This document shows positions 18,335 through 28,527 of a stretch of DNA of 41,588 nt, one piece after another. The stretch comes from a bacterium. GTDB taxonomy: Bacteria; Sysuimicrobiota; Sysuimicrobiia; Sysuimicrobiales; Humicultoraceae. Location: positions 1 through 41,588 of the forward strand of contig JBGQGY010000015.1 in assembly GCA_041497675.1 (NCBI GenBank), read 5' to 3'. Numbering within the stretch: the stretch's first letter is position 1; each line of letters begins with the position of its first letter. The position numbers were made by a program, and so were the translations under genes. The notes under the pieces were generated by a model. It saw only the letters and a program-made list of their open reading frames with translations. It did no database searches and had not been told where the DNA came from.

Positions 18335-19090
18335 TCACCCCTCGCGCGTCGACACGTGCCAGGGCATGACCAGCCGTTCCACCAGCACCACGGCAAAGTA
18401 GAAGGCGATCCCCAACGCGCACGCCACGAGGATCGCCGACCAGGCTTCGCGAGTCTTGAAGATGGCGTTGTTGCTGACGATGTAGACACCCAGCGACTTT
18501 TGCGGGCCGCCGAAGTACTCGCTCACCACCGCGCCGATCATGGCCAGGTTCGTGCTGACTTTGAACGCGTTGAACATGTAGGGCAGGCTCGCCGGCAGGC
18601 GAAGCCTGGTGAACGTCTCCCATTCGCCGGCGGCGTACGAGCGCATGAGCTCGAGGCTCTGCGGTGAGACGCTGAGCAGACCCCGGAGCGTGCTGATAAA
18701 GGTCGGGAAGAAGGTCATCATCGTGACGATGGCGATCTTCGAGCCCTGCGCGATGCCAAACCAGACGATGGCGAGCGGGGCCAGCGCGATGATGGGCACC
18801 GACGACGAGGCCACGGCGTAGGGCAGGATCAGCCCGGCGGCCTGTGGAGACCGGCTGGCCAGCATGGCGGCCAGCACGCCCGCGCCACACCCGATCGCGA
18901 AGCCCGCGAGCGCCTCGCGAAACGTGTACAGGCCGATCTCGACCAACACGGGCATGTTGCTCCAAAACGTCTGCACGATCACCCGCGGCGCCGGCAGCAG
19001 GTAGAACGGGATGTGGAAGACCGCCACAAACCCCTCCCACGCGGCGATCGCCGCGACGAACACGAGCGCGGCAGGCAGATACCGGCGCAT
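18335..19090 (-). CDS. ABC transporter permease (NitT/TauT family)
   Basis: LLPAP, VPIIALAPL and FFP motifs, EAA-like loop LRLPASLPY and AVVSEY. Confidence 0.92.
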   Translation of the reverse strand: MRRYLPAALVFVAAIAAWEGFVAVFHIPFYLLPAPRVIVQTFWSNMPVLVEIGLYTFREALAGFAIGCGAGVLAAMLASRSPQAAGLILPYAVASSSVPIIALAPLAIVWFGIAQGSKIAIVTMMTFFPTFISTLRGLLSVSPQSLELMRSYAAGEWETFTRLRLPASLPYMFNAFKVSTNLAMIGAVVSEYFGGPQKSLGVYIVSNNAIFKTREAWSAILVACALGIAFYFAVVLVERLVMPWHVSTREG

Positions 19091-19884
19091 CAGGGGCCGG
19101 TCACGGCCGGGTCTTCGCGCAGCCCCTCGCGGACCTGCGTGAGCAGCTCGAAGAACCGCGGCGTCGCGCGGGTGTGGGCGGTACGCGGTCGAGGCAGGTC
19201 GATCGTCACGACGCGATCGATGCGCCCCGGTCGAGGGCTCATCACCATCACCCGGCTCGAGAGGAAGACGGCCTCGGGGATGCTGTGCGTGATGAACAGC
19301 ACGGTCGCCGACGTCTGGATCCAGATGTTCATCAGCTCGGTGTTCAGACGCTCTCGCGTCATCTCATCGAGCGCGCCAAACGGCTCATCCATCAACAGGA
19401 TCGAGGGGTTGAAAACCAGCGCCCGCGCGATGGCGACGCGCTGTTGCATCCCGCCGGACAGCTGCCACGGATAGTGGTCCGCAAACGCCTTGAGCCCGAC
19501 CATGTGCAGCATCGCGTCGGCGCGTGAGTGCCATTCAGCGCGCGGCGTGCCCATGACGTCGAGCGGCAACTCGACATTGCGCCGCACCGTGCGCCACTCG
19601 TAGAGCACCGGGGTCTGGAACACGATCCCGTAGTCGCGGTCCAGCCGGGCCTGGTGCGGGGTTTTCCCCTTGACCGTCACGGTGCCGCTCGAGGGATCGA
19701 CCAGATCGCCTACGATGCGCAGCAACGTCGACTTGCCGCAGCCCGACGGACCGATGATCGAGGTGAACTCGCCGGATTCGATGTCCAGGGACACCCCGTC
19801 AAGCGCGTGGGTGCGCTGCGCGCCGGCGCCAAAGACCTTGCTGACGCCCTGCGCCGAGATGATCGGCCCGCGCCCTACTGCCAC
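19090..19884 (-). CDS. ABC transporter ATP-binding protein (NitT/TauT family)
   Basis: GPSGCGKST, LSGGMQQR, LLMDEPFGALD and ITHS motifs. Confidence 0.95.
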   Translation of the reverse strand: MAVGRGPIISAQGVSKVFGAGAQRTHALDGVSLDIESGEFTSIIGPSGCGKSTLLRIVGDLVDPSSGTVTVKGKTPHQARLDRDYGIVFQTPVLYEWRTVRRNVELPLDVMGTPRAEWHSRADAMLHMVGLKAFADHYPWQLSGGMQQRVAIARALVFNPSILLMDEPFGALDEMTRERLNTELMNIWIQTSATVLFITHSIPEAVFLSSRVMVMSPRPGRIDRVVTIDLPRPRTAHTRATPRFFELLTQVREGLREDPAVTGP

Positions 19885-20714
19885 TGGTCACCCGCGCCGG
19901 CGGGGCGCCACCGGACGACGCGCCGCTCCACGGCCGCGACGAGATGGTAGAAACCGATGCCGATCGACGCGGCGACGATGTCGACGGCCCACAGCCGCGC
20001 CGGCCAGGTATTGTAGTACTGCGCCGCGTTGATGATCTCGACGCCCATCCCAAACCGGCTGCCCACGGGCAGCTCGCCGACGATGGCGCCGATGACGCTG
20101 GCCGTGGCCGAGATGCGCAGCGCCGTGAACAGATACGGCAGCGCCGCGGGAAACTGCAGCTTCAGGAAGACCTGGCGCGGCGCGGCCGCCAGTGACCGCA
20201 TCAGCGCGACGGCATCGGGGTCGACGGACTTGAACCCGCGTAGCATGTTGATGGTGACTGGGAAGAAGGTCAGGTAGGCGGCGATCATGGCCTTCGACAG
20301 CCACGACGCCGGTCCCAGCCAGACGACGATCATCGGGGCGATGGCCAGGATCGGCACGGTCTGCGACGCCACGACGTACGGCAAGAGACCGCGCTCGAGC
20401 AAACGTGAGTAGGCGAACGCGACGGCGAGCGCCAATCCCGCGGCGCCACCGAGCACAAAACCCATCAGGGCTTCCCAGGCCGTGTAGGCGACGCTCCGGG
20501 CGATCAGCAGGATCCAGTAGTGGCCCGACCCGCCGCGGCTGATGAAAACGCTGAGGATATCGTGCATATGCGGCAGCTGGTACGTGGGGATGGCGAAGAG
20601 CGCCTTCGCCCCCTCCCAGACCACGATGATGGTCAGCAGCAGGGACGCTGACGGCAGACGCCGCAGGAGGCGGCCGCGTGCGCCCGTGGGGAGGCTCTCA
20701 GCGGTGGCGCCCAT
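19875..20714 (-). CDS. ABC transporter permease (NitT/TauT family)
   Basis: SQTVPILAIAP, FFPV, KLQFPAALPYLF and AIVGE motifs. Confidence 0.92.
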   Translation of the reverse strand: MGATAESLPTGARGRLLRRLPSASLLLTIIVVWEGAKALFAIPTYQLPHMHDILSVFISRGGSGHYWILLIARSVAYTAWEALMGFVLGGAAGLALAVAFAYSRLLERGLLPYVVASQTVPILAIAPMIVVWLGPASWLSKAMIAAYLTFFPVTINMLRGFKSVDPDAVALMRSLAAAPRQVFLKLQFPAALPYLFTALRISATASVIGAIVGELPVGSRFGMGVEIINAAQYYNTWPARLWAVDIVAASIGIGFYHLVAAVERRVVRWRPAGAGDQWQ

Positions 20715-20726
20715 CGGCGGCGTGCG

Positions 20727-22220
20727 CTAGAAGAAGCTGCCCGACCGCTGCGTGCCTGTGTAGTCCAGGTAGACGACCTTCAGCTCGCTGTAGAAGTCGA
20801 TCGCCACGCTGCCCTGCTCGCGCGGGCCGACGCCGGTCGCCTTCGAGCCCCCAAAGGGCAGGTGCGCTTCTCCACCGACCGTCGGGTTGTTGACGTGGGC
20901 GATGCCGACCTCGCTGCGATCGACGAACGTCATCGCCTTCGTCAGATCCTGTGTGTAGATCGACGACGCGAGCCCAAACGGGACGTCGTTGGCGGCCTCG
21001 ACCGCCTCGTCGAAGTCCCGCACGCGGCAGACGCTGAGCACCGGTCCGAAGATCTCCTCTTGAAAGATGCGCATCGTCGGCGTGACGTGGTCGAAGATTG
21101 TGGGTGCGACAAAGTACCCGCGGCCGAGCGCGCCGTCGGTCAGGCGCCGTCCGCCGCACAGCACCTTCGCACCCTCTTCCTGCCCGATGTTCAAATAGCG
21201 CAGGACGGTCTTCATCTGCGACTCATCGACGGACGGCCCGACATTGGTCTTCGGATCCATCCCATCGCCGGTGACCAGGCGCGACACCCGTACGACGAGC
21301 TCGTTCACGAATCGGTCGGCAACGTCATCGGTCACGATCACGCGGCTGGTGGCGGTGCAGCGCTGACCGGTCGATCCGTACGCACCGGAGATCGTGCCGC
21401 TGAGGGCCAGCTCGAGGTCGGCGTCGCCCAGCACGACCACGGGGTTCTTGCCGCCCATCTCGGCCTGGACGCGCCGCCCGCCGGCCGCGGCGCGCTCATA
21501 CAGTTTGATGCCCACTTCGTTCGAGCCGGTAAACGACACGGCACGGACGGCCGGATGCGCGATCAATTCGTCGCCGACAGTGGCGCCCGGGCCGATCACC
21601 ATGTTCAGCACGCCGTCCGGCAGTCCGGCTTCTTGAAAGATCTCCATCAACATCGACGCGGTCCACGGCGTCAGCGTCGCGGGCTTGAACACGACCGTAT
21701 TGCCGCAGATCAGTGCCGGCGCCATCTTCCAGATCGGGATCGCCGCAGGAAAATTCCACGGCGTGACCAGCACGACGACACCCAGCGGTTCGCGCTTCGT
21801 GTAGGTGAAAGTGCTGGCCAGCTCGCTCTGCAGGGTCTCGCCGCGCATGCGGCGCCCCTCACCGGCGATGTACTCGAGGATGTTGCGGCTGCGGATCAGC
21901 TCGCCCTTGGACTCGCTGAAGGTCTTACCCTCTTCGCGCGTGAGGACCTCGGCCAGGCGGTCGATCTGCCGCTCGAAGACGTCGAGCACCTTGAATAAGA
22001 TGCGACCCCTCACCGGACCGGGTGTATCGCGCCACTTTGGAAAGGCCACCTGGGCGGCCTGGATCGCGGCTTGGGCTTCCTCCCGCGTCGACAGTGGTAC
22101 GCGTCCTAGAATCTCGCCGGTGGCCGGGTTGGTATTGACGGCGGTGCGACCCGACGCCGATTCCTGCCAGCGTCCCCCGATAAAGTTCTTGTAGAGCTGC
22201 TCGCCTGCGGCAATGGCCAT
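20727..22220 (-). CDS. NAD(P)-dependent aldehyde dehydrogenase
   Basis: PWNFP, FTGS, EMGGKNP, catalytic GQRCTA, EEIFGPV and PFGGSK motifs. Confidence 0.95.
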   Translation of the reverse strand: MAIAAGEQLYKNFIGGRWQESASGRTAVNTNPATGEILGRVPLSTREEAQAAIQAAQVAFPKWRDTPGPVRGRILFKVLDVFERQIDRLAEVLTREEGKTFSESKGELIRSRNILEYIAGEGRRMRGETLQSELASTFTYTKREPLGVVVLVTPWNFPAAIPIWKMAPALICGNTVVFKPATLTPWTASMLMEIFQEAGLPDGVLNMVIGPGATVGDELIAHPAVRAVSFTGSNEVGIKLYERAAAGGRRVQAEMGGKNPVVVLGDADLELALSGTISGAYGSTGQRCTATSRVIVTDDVADRFVNELVVRVSRLVTGDGMDPKTNVGPSVDESQMKTVLRYLNIGQEEGAKVLCGGRRLTDGALGRGYFVAPTIFDHVTPTMRIFQEEIFGPVLSVCRVRDFDEAVEAANDVPFGLASSIYTQDLTKAMTFVDRSEVGIAHVNNPTVGGEAHLPFGGSKATGVGPREQGSVAIDFYSELKVVYLDYTGTQRSGSFF

Positions 22221-22265
22221 GACAAATCCCCCTACGGTCAGGCCTGTGACCTGTGATCAATGTAG

Positions 22266-22320
22266 GTTCGCCCGTACAATCGGCCTGCCCTGCGCAGGTA
22301 GACTGTCCGGTTTGGGGAAC
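22266..22320. promoter_or_regulatory. Back-to-back sigmaH-like promoters: GCAGGG-N18-GAAC (minus, 22266-22293) and GCAGGT-N17-GAAC (plus, 22294-22320)
   Basis: The two -35 elements abut as the palindrome CCTGCGCAGG. Confidence 0.55.
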
Positions 22321-22331
22321 ATCTCGGCGAT

Positions 22332-25300
22332 ATGACGACGCGACCTGACGCTGATACCGCCCTGAAGCGGATCAGCGCGTTCATTGCGGCGATCGGGCTC
22401 TACGTCGTCCTGGCGGTAGCCTTCGGAGGGGCGTGGATGTCGCGATCGCCCATTCGTTGGCCGCTCAGTGCCGTCCTCATCACCTACGCAGGCTTCACCG
22501 CACTGTTGTGGCGGCGGATTGGTTACCCGGCCAAAGCGCGCATCTCCGTGCTCGTGCTGTTGTCACTCATCGCGCTCTCCGCCTGGTGGCTGGGCTCGGT
22601 GGACGCCTCCGGCGGCGTCGCCGTGATGAGCCTGTCGGCGCCGAGGCTGGCGGGCCTCGCCCTCGTCGCGGGCTTCGGGTTGGCAGCATGGATGCTCGCG
22701 AGCATTCCTTGGCTGACCCGCCCCGGACGCGTTGCCGTCGCTGTCCTCGCGCTCTACGGCGCTCTGCCTTTCTTGGCGGGATTCGTCAACAGCGCGCCGT
22801 TCAACACAGTGGCCACAGGCGCCACGATGCCGGCGTGGCTCCCGAGGTGGTTGAACGGGCCCCTGCTCGGTATCTACGTCCTATTGCCCGTCGGCGTGTT
22901 CACAGGAATCTATCATCTCGCCCGCTTTCGACATACGAGCCCCTCGACCCAGCTCAGGCGCTGGGGCTTCGCGGGCGCTGCGGTCGCGCTGTGCTTTCTC
23001 CTCGTGGTCCCCGACGGCGTCAGGCGAGCAGGCCCCGCGCACACCTCGACGTTGGGGATACGCACCGCCGGCCCGAATGTGCTGAGCATTCCATCGGCCA
23101 CAGAACTGCGGGGAGCCAGGGCACTTCGCCTGTCACAGGTCACCCCTGTGACGCTCCCGCCGGAAGACCTGATCAGGAATGCCGAAGCAATTTTCGACCG
23201 CCTGCCGGTTGTTCGATACGATCTCGAGGCGCGCACCGCGTCGCTGGGGGCCGGCATCGGGCCATCGTTGGCGTTCGTTCGAGACCACATCCGGTACGAG
23301 GCCTATCCTGGCACGCTCCGCGGCGCCGAGGGCACACTCACAGCCGGTGCCGGGAATGCGGCCGACCGGTCGCTGTTGCTGGCCGCGCTGCTGAAGGCCA
23401 AAGGATTCCAGACGCGCTTTGCCATGGGCCGGCTGACCCGAGACCGTGCCGAAGCGCTCATGGCCAGGATCTTCGCGCCTGAACGACCCGAGGTCGACGC
23501 CACGGGCGCGCCGCCGCCCGCCGTCGATGAGCTCATCCTGCGCCTGCGCGCCCGCGCCCTGCGAGACTTCGCGGTCATCCGCCAGGTGCTGGGAACGGCA
23601 CTGCCCCCGCGCGCAAACCTGACGAGGGAGCGGGTGCTCACGGAGATCGAGCCACACGTGTGGGTGCAGGTCGACGACGGCGGGACCTGGCGTGATGTGG
23701 ATTCGGCGTTTGCCGACGCCGCCCCCGGTAAGGCCTACGCCAGCGCCGAGCGCGTGAGCGACACCCTGCCCCACGAACTGGCGCAACGGGTCACGATCCG
23801 ACTTCTGACCGAGTCCCTCGCCGGTGACGCGCTTCAGACGCATACCGCGCTGGAATTCACAGCGCCGGCACCCGACGTGCTGGACCGGCAGATCTTCTTG
23901 CTCTTCGGACGGGACCCAAGCCTCGCCGGCGGCGTCGCCGGGGGCATCTCCGGCGGCGAGATGTGGACGCCGATTCTCTGGGTTGATGGGGACGTGCACG
24001 AAGGCCGGGAGATTTCGTTCGCCTACGCGGACCGGCCGGGAGAGAGCCCCCGGCGCGGCGGTCCACCCCGGGGAGGACTGGGCGATGTTCTCGGCCCGGG
24101 TGGCGCCTTGTCGTCAGGGTCCCAGTTCGTGGCGGTGTGGTTAGAGTTCGAGATCGCGTTCCCAGACGGCACGCGCGACACCACGCGCCGCGCGATCGTC
24201 GATCGCGCTGGGCCGGCGTGGCGAGCCGCGGCGAAGGCAGATCCCGCGGCCCTCAAGGCCGTGCCACTTGACGCCGAAGGTCTGCTGGCCCCTCGGACCG
24301 TGCACAACATCTGGCTGAGCGCCGGGCGGCACAATCTGGCGGCGCTCGCCACCGCGGCCCGTGTGCTGGCGGAGCTGGCGGCGATGCGACTGCCCGACCC
24401 GCCGCCGCCCGACCTACTTTTCGGCGAGCTCTTGTGGCCCTTCGCCATGCAGAACCTTGCCATGCTGGTCTATTCCGATCACGTGATCGTGCCCGGCCTG
24501 AACGATGGCCCAGGGCACCGCTTCTACGCGGATTCGCCGCGCATCAGCACTATCAGCGTCGGGCCCGACACCCGCGCGGGGGACGACGGCGTCTCTCTCC
24601 GGATCGATCTCCTTCGGGACCATGTGCGTGGTCTGGCGAGGGAGCCCGGCGCCGAGACAGGCGTCCTGGAGCGTCGCCTCTGGTTCGGCGCGCTCGAAGG
24701 CGCACTCGAGCATGAGATCGCGGCACGGTATGCCGTCAGCCTGGGTGGAGACCCGGCCGCAGTGCGGAGCACGAGCGGCGTGCTCGAAGACGGCGACGCG
24801 GTCGTGCTGCGCCCGGGCGATGCGCCTCCGGCGACGTCCGCGGATACCGCGGCCGGCATCGCGCGTGCCCTGGCGGCGGGTTCGGTCCTCGTCATCCCCC
24901 GCCGCGCGCTGCAGGCGGGCCCGCCGGCCTGGTGGGAGATCTTGCCCGGCAGCGGCGATGTGCGCGCCGTCTACGACGACGCCAATGCCGCGGGATCGTT
25001 CGGCAACGGCAGCAAGATACGGGTCAACCAGATCTCCCAAGAGGCGTTCGACAAGATGCCGGGGATCGAAGATCTCCAAAAGGCGATGGACCGAGCGAAC
25101 GCGATCAAGCCGAAACCCAGTCCGGGCCCGTTGAAGCCGAATGGCGCGAAGGGCACCAAGGCAAAGCGGGCGCGCGGTGTCCCCGAATACTTAGCCATGA
25201 TCGGGCTTGGCACCGTGCTGGCCTTCGTCGTGCACAAGATCCTCGTGAAGTGGGTCCGCCACGGCACAACGCAGGCCGCCAACGATACCCGAGAAGCAGT

Positions 25301-25337
25301 GCAGTCCGGCCAAACTGCCGACCGTGCTCGTCGCTGA
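22332..25337 (+). CDS. Large membrane protein with transglutaminase-like domain (catalytic Cys replaced)
   Basis: About 7 hydrophobic N-terminal segments. FVRDHIRYEAYPGTLRGAEGTL..GAGNAADRSLLLAALL, then PHVWVQV and WRDVD. Hydrophobic helix near the C-terminus. Confidence 0.7.
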   Translation: MTTRPDADTALKRISAFIAAIGLYVVLAVAFGGAWMSRSPIRWPLSAVLITYAGFTALLWRRIGYPAKARISVLVLLSLIALSAWWLGSVDASGGVAVMSLSAPRLAGLALVAGFGLAAWMLASIPWLTRPGRVAVAVLALYGALPFLAGFVNSAPFNTVATGATMPAWLPRWLNGPLLGIYVLLPVGVFTGIYHLARFRHTSPSTQLRRWGFAGAAVALCFLLVVPDGVRRAGPAHTSTLGIRTAGPNVLSIPSATELRGARALRLSQVTPVTLPPEDLIRNAEAIFDRLPVVRYDLEARTASLGAGIGPSLAFVRDHIRYEAYPGTLRGAEGTLTAGAGNAADRSLLLAALLKAKGFQTRFAMGRLTRDRAEALMARIFAPERPEVDATGAPPPAVDELILRLRARALRDFAVIRQVLGTALPPRANLTRERVLTEIEPHVWVQVDDGGTWRDVDSAFADAAPGKAYASAERVSDTLPHELAQRVTIRLLTESLAGDALQTHTALEFTAPAPDVLDRQIFLLFGRDPSLAGGVAGGISGGEMWTPILWVDGDVHEGREISFAYADRPGESPRRGGPPRGGLGDVLGPGGALSSGSQFVAVWLEFEIAFPDGTRDTTRRAIVDRAGPAWRAAAKADPAALKAVPLDAEGLLAPRTVHNIWLSAGRHNLAALATAARVLAELAAMRLPDPPPPDLLFGELLWPFAMQNLAMLVYSDHVIVPGLNDGPGHRFYADSPRISTISVGPDTRAGDDGVSLRIDLLRDHVRGLAREPGAETGVLERRLWFGALEGALEHEIAARYAVSLGGDPAAVRSTSGVLEDGDAVVLRPGDAPPATSADTAAGIARALAAGSVLVIPRRALQAGPPAWWEILPGSGDVRAVYDDANAAGSFGNGSKIRVNQISQEAFDKMPGIEDLQKAMDRANAIKPKPSPGPLKPNGAKGTKAKRARGVPEYLAMIGLGTVLAFVVHKILVKWVRHGTTQAANDTREAVQSGQTADRARR

Positions 25338-25373
25338 CGAGGCGCGCCGTCTCCGGTGTCGTGGTAGACACGT

Positions 25374-26753
25374 TTACAGGGTGAAGCGGTCCCTTCGGAG
25401 GAACTGCCCGGAGCCCTGTTCACCTACGAACCGGTCTCCGTCGATCACCTGCCGGCCGCGGATCCAGACGGCTTCGGGCGCCCCGCGGACCCGCATTCCT
25501 TCGAACAGATTGTAGTCGATGCGCATGTGGTGGGTCTTGGCGCTGATCGTCTGCTCGGTGGTCGGATTGAAGAGCACGAGATCGGCGTCGGCGCCGACGG
25601 CGATGGTCCCCTTGCGCGGGTAGAGCCCAAACAGTTTCGCCGGATTGGTCGCGGTCAGTTCGACGAAGCGATTCAGCGAGATCCGGCCCCCGCGCACGCC
25701 GGCTTCGTGCAGGACTTTGAGCCGGTCTTCGATCGCCGGGATCCCGTTGGGAATTTGGGCGAAGTTGTCTCGACCCAGCGACTTCTGCGTGGCGAAGTTG
25801 AACGGGCAATGGTCGGTGGCCACCACGGCAAGCGAGCCGTCGCGCACACCGCCCCAGAGCGCCTCGTGATCGCGCGGCGTGCGGAACGGCGGCGAGCAGA
25901 CGTACTTGGCGCCCTCGAATCCCGGCCGCGCCAGGTCGTCGACCGTGAAGAAGAAGTACTGCACGCAGGTCTCGGCCCACACCCGATTGCCGCGCTGCTG
26001 CGCTGCCCGCACGTGCTGCAGTGCGAGATCGCACGACAGGTGCACGACGTACAGCGGCGCGCCGGCCACCGCCGCCAGCGCGATCGCCCGGTTCGTCGCC
26101 TCGGCTTCGAGTTCCGGCGGCCGGGTGAGCGCATGACACTTGGGCGAGAGGTTGCCCGCCGCGACGGCCTCTTTGATCAAGATGTCGATGGCGTCACCAT
26201 TTTCGGCATGCACCAACAGCAGGATGCCGGCCGGCCCGGTGCGCTTCAACACGTTGAAGAGTGTGGTATCGTCGACCTGCAGGGTGCCCTTGTACGCCAT
26301 GAAGACTTTGGCCGACGTCACGCCCCACTCAGGCAATTGGGCGATCTCGTGCATGACCGCCGGGGTCAGATCGGTGATCGCCAGATGAAACCCGTAGTCG
26401 ATGACCGCTTTGCCCCTGGCCTTCGCGTGCCAGGTGTCCAGCGCGTCGCGCAGGCCGCCGCCCTTGGCCTGGATCGCGAAGTCAATATGCGTGGTCGTGC
26501 CGCCAAACGCCGCGGCGACATGGCCGGTGTAGAAGTCGTCGGCCGACGTGGTCCCGCCAAAGGGCATGTCCAGATGGGTGTGGTTGTCGACGCCGCCCGG
26601 GAGCAGATAGCGCCCCGCCGCGTCCACGATCCGGGCGCCGTCGCGTGGGAGATTGCGGCCGACGGCGGCGATCTGCTCGCCTTTGACCAGGACGTCGGCC
26701 CGATAGGTGTCAGACGCGGTGACGACGGTCCCGTTTGTGAAGAGCGTGCTCAT
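25374..26753 (-). CDS. hydA: Dihydropyrimidinase / D-hydantoinase
   Basis: PGGVDNHTHLDMPFGGT, SAKVFMAYK (carbamylated Lys), VHAENG, VVHLS and ATDHCPF motifs. Confidence 0.93.
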   Translation of the reverse strand: MSTLFTNGTVVTASDTYRADVLVKGEQIAAVGRNLPRDGARIVDAAGRYLLPGGVDNHTHLDMPFGGTTSADDFYTGHVAAAFGGTTTHIDFAIQAKGGGLRDALDTWHAKARGKAVIDYGFHLAITDLTPAVMHEIAQLPEWGVTSAKVFMAYKGTLQVDDTTLFNVLKRTGPAGILLLVHAENGDAIDILIKEAVAAGNLSPKCHALTRPPELEAEATNRAIALAAVAGAPLYVVHLSCDLALQHVRAAQQRGNRVWAETCVQYFFFTVDDLARPGFEGAKYVCSPPFRTPRDHEALWGGVRDGSLAVVATDHCPFNFATQKSLGRDNFAQIPNGIPAIEDRLKVLHEAGVRGGRISLNRFVELTATNPAKLFGLYPRKGTIAVGADADLVLFNPTTEQTISAKTHHMRIDYNLFEGMRVRGAPEAVWIRGRQVIDGDRFVGEQGSGQFLRRDRFTL

Positions 26754-26780
26754 CGATCGGAGTCACCTCGCCCGAAAGGG

Positions 26781-26808
26781 GTTCTGTGTGATAGGGCGGC
26801 GGTCCTCG
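26781..26808 (-). promoter_or_regulatory. sigmaH-like promoter CGAGGA-N18-GAAC upstream of hydA
   Basis: Recurrent motif in the 64-nt gap between the PiT gene and hydA. Confidence 0.5.
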
Positions 26809-26817
26809 CGAGCAGCG

Positions 26818-27753
26818 CTATCGAAACGCCGCGTATCCGAAAAGCAGCAGGTAGGTGACAGCCGCGGCGCTCAGCACGCTGATCACCCACATCGCCGGGA
26901 TCCACACGAACATGCGGCGGTTCACGGCCACGATACCCTTCGTCAGACCGACGCCGACGACCGCGCCAACAGTCGCCTGCGACGTCGACACCGGTATGCG
27001 CAGCTGTGTGAACAGGTGGACCGTGATCGCCGTGGCCAGGGCGGCCACAAGCGCCGAGATGGGGTCGAGGGCGGTGATGCGCTTGCCGACCATCATGATG
27101 AGGTTGCGGCCGTAGGTGAGCACCCCCGCGGCCATCGCCACCCCACCCAAAGCCGCTCCGGTCGCGGGCCCCACCAGGCCGACGGCCACGGCAGGCGCCA
27201 TGGCGTTGCCCATGTTGTTGGACCCGAGCGCGTACGCCGCGTAGCAGCCGACGAGGACCGCCGCGTAACGAACGATGCGCTGGAAACGTATGACACTGTC
27301 GAGCCGTCCCGCGGCCGCCACGGTGATGCCCTGATATAGCAGGTAGGCGATCATCCCGGCGCCGATCGGTGCGGTCATCATCGACGTGCCGATTCGCAAG
27401 ACGATCGGCACGTTGAGCCCCGTCCCCTCGAACAGCCCCACGCCGACGAGCGCGCCGACGATCGTATGCGACGTGGAAATCGGCAGCCCAAAAGCCGTCA
27501 TCACGTTGACCGTGAGACCCGCCGCCAGCGTGGCCGCGATGGCGGTCGCGACCGTCAGGGGGGTGATGCTACCCAGCGTCGAGAAGACCTTCTGCCCCTC
27601 GACCACCGCGCCGATCACGGCGAAGACCGCGGCCAGGATCACGGCGCGGCGGTACGAGATGATGTTCGCGCCAATCTGCGGACCGAAGGCATTGGCGGCG
27701 TCATGGGCGCCAATACCCCACCCCATGTAGAGCGCCGGCAGCAGGCCGAACAT
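26818..27753 (-). CDS. PiT-family inorganic phosphate transporter
   Basis: GAHDAAN, PISTSH, GSNNMGN and PVSTSQ signature repeats. Confidence 0.92.
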   Translation of the reverse strand: MFGLLPALYMGWGIGAHDAANAFGPQIGANIISYRRAVILAAVFAVIGAVVEGQKVFSTLGSITPLTVATAIAATLAAGLTVNVMTAFGLPISTSHTIVGALVGVGLFEGTGLNVPIVLRIGTSMMTAPIGAGMIAYLLYQGITVAAAGRLDSVIRFQRIVRYAAVLVGCYAAYALGSNNMGNAMAPAVAVGLVGPATGAALGGVAMAAGVLTYGRNLIMMVGKRITALDPISALVAALATAITVHLFTQLRIPVSTSQATVGAVVGVGLTKGIVAVNRRMFVWIPAMWVISVLSAAAVTYLLLFGYAAFR

Positions 27754-27755
27754 GC

Positions 27756-28424
27756 CTACAGGTTGGCGCCGAAGTGGAGGATCTCGAGCCGGTCCCCCGT
27801 GTCCTCGATCTGGTCCGAGATTTCAGTGAGCGTTTCGATGAACTGGTTGAGGTGGATCTTGTTCGCCAGGGACAGGTTCGACGTAAAGATCTGCCGCGTG
27901 AGCTTCCACTCGACGTCGTCGATCGTGGACTCGGTAATGCCCACCGTGGTCAGCCGCTCGCGAATGATCTTCTCGTCGGGCGACGAGAAGAACGTCGTCA
28001 CCGCGTCGTGCAGCGCCGCGTAGGCATCCTGTGTCAGCGCGAGGATCTGCTTCAGCGAGTCGCCGTACTCCCCCGGAATCTCCGGACGCTGGCCGAGGAG
28101 GAAGTCGCACGTCGTCTCAGCCATGTCTGCGATCATGTCCATCCGCTCGACGAAGTCGTGGATATCCGAGCGAAAGATGGGCAGGAACGCGCCCCGGTAC
28201 AGCAGGTCGTTGACCGAGCGCCGCATCTGGTCGGCCTCGGTCTCCAGGTGGTCGACGTTGATCGCGCCGGCTTTGGCTCCGTCCAGGCGACCGGCCAGGT
28301 AGTCGTGGAGCACGTCGCAGGTGCGCGCCACGCACTCGCCGACCTTGTCGAGATGCTGGAGGAGCAGCGCCCGGACTTCCTTCTCCCGCCCCTGGCCGAA
28401 CAGGAACTGCACCGCACGCGCCAT
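27756..28424 (-). CDS. DUF47 (TIGR00153) PhoU-like phosphate transport regulator
   Basis: LETEADQMRR...FLPIFRSDI...DMIADMAE, ESTIDDVE and ISDQIEDTGD motifs. ATG at 28424 follows GGAGGT; alternative start at 28433. Directly upstream of PiT. Confidence 0.9.
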   Translation of the reverse strand: MARAVQFLFGQGREKEVRALLLQHLDKVGECVARTCDVLHDYLAGRLDGAKAGAINVDHLETEADQMRRSVNDLLYRGAFLPIFRSDIHDFVERMDMIADMAETTCDFLLGQRPEIPGEYGDSLKQILALTQDAYAALHDAVTTFFSSPDEKIIRERLTTVGITESTIDDVEWKLTRQIFTSNLSLANKIHLNQFIETLTEISDQIEDTGDRLEILHFGANL

Positions 28425-28455
28425 CGAAGACACCTCCGAAAGGCCTCAAGGCCGT

Positions 28456-28515
28456 CTTCGTCGGCGGAGGCGTCCGGCCCTACCGGGGCAGGAGCGGATG
28501 CCGGGTCATTCGAAT
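28456..28515. promoter_or_regulatory. Divergent sigmaH-like promoters: GTAGGG-N18-GAAG (minus, 28456-28483) and GCAGGA-N18-GAAT (plus, 28488-28515)
   Basis: Recurrent motif. The plus-strand copy ends 12 nt before the SD-less ATG at 28528. Confidence 0.55.
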
Positions 28516-28527
28516 TCATGTTTCCTC

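Noticed and set aside
17238..19040. 600-aa ORF suggesting a long N-terminal fusion on the binding protein
   Set aside because: The first 264 codons overlap the permease in another frame. RBS, lipobox and an internal promoter place the start at 18248.
15123..22293. Shared short words TAGGTTCGCCCG and CCTGCCCTGC at 15123-15144 and 22263-22293, read as a mobile or repeat element
   Set aside because: The order is swapped between the two sites and the words coincide with the promoter boxes. There are no terminal repeats and no transposase.
25178..25260. VPEY + hydrophobic helix as a PEP-CTERM sorting signal or Flp prepilin motif
   Set aside because: It is not VPEP, about 25 residues follow the helix, the Glu is not at +5 after Gly, and no exosortase is in the window.
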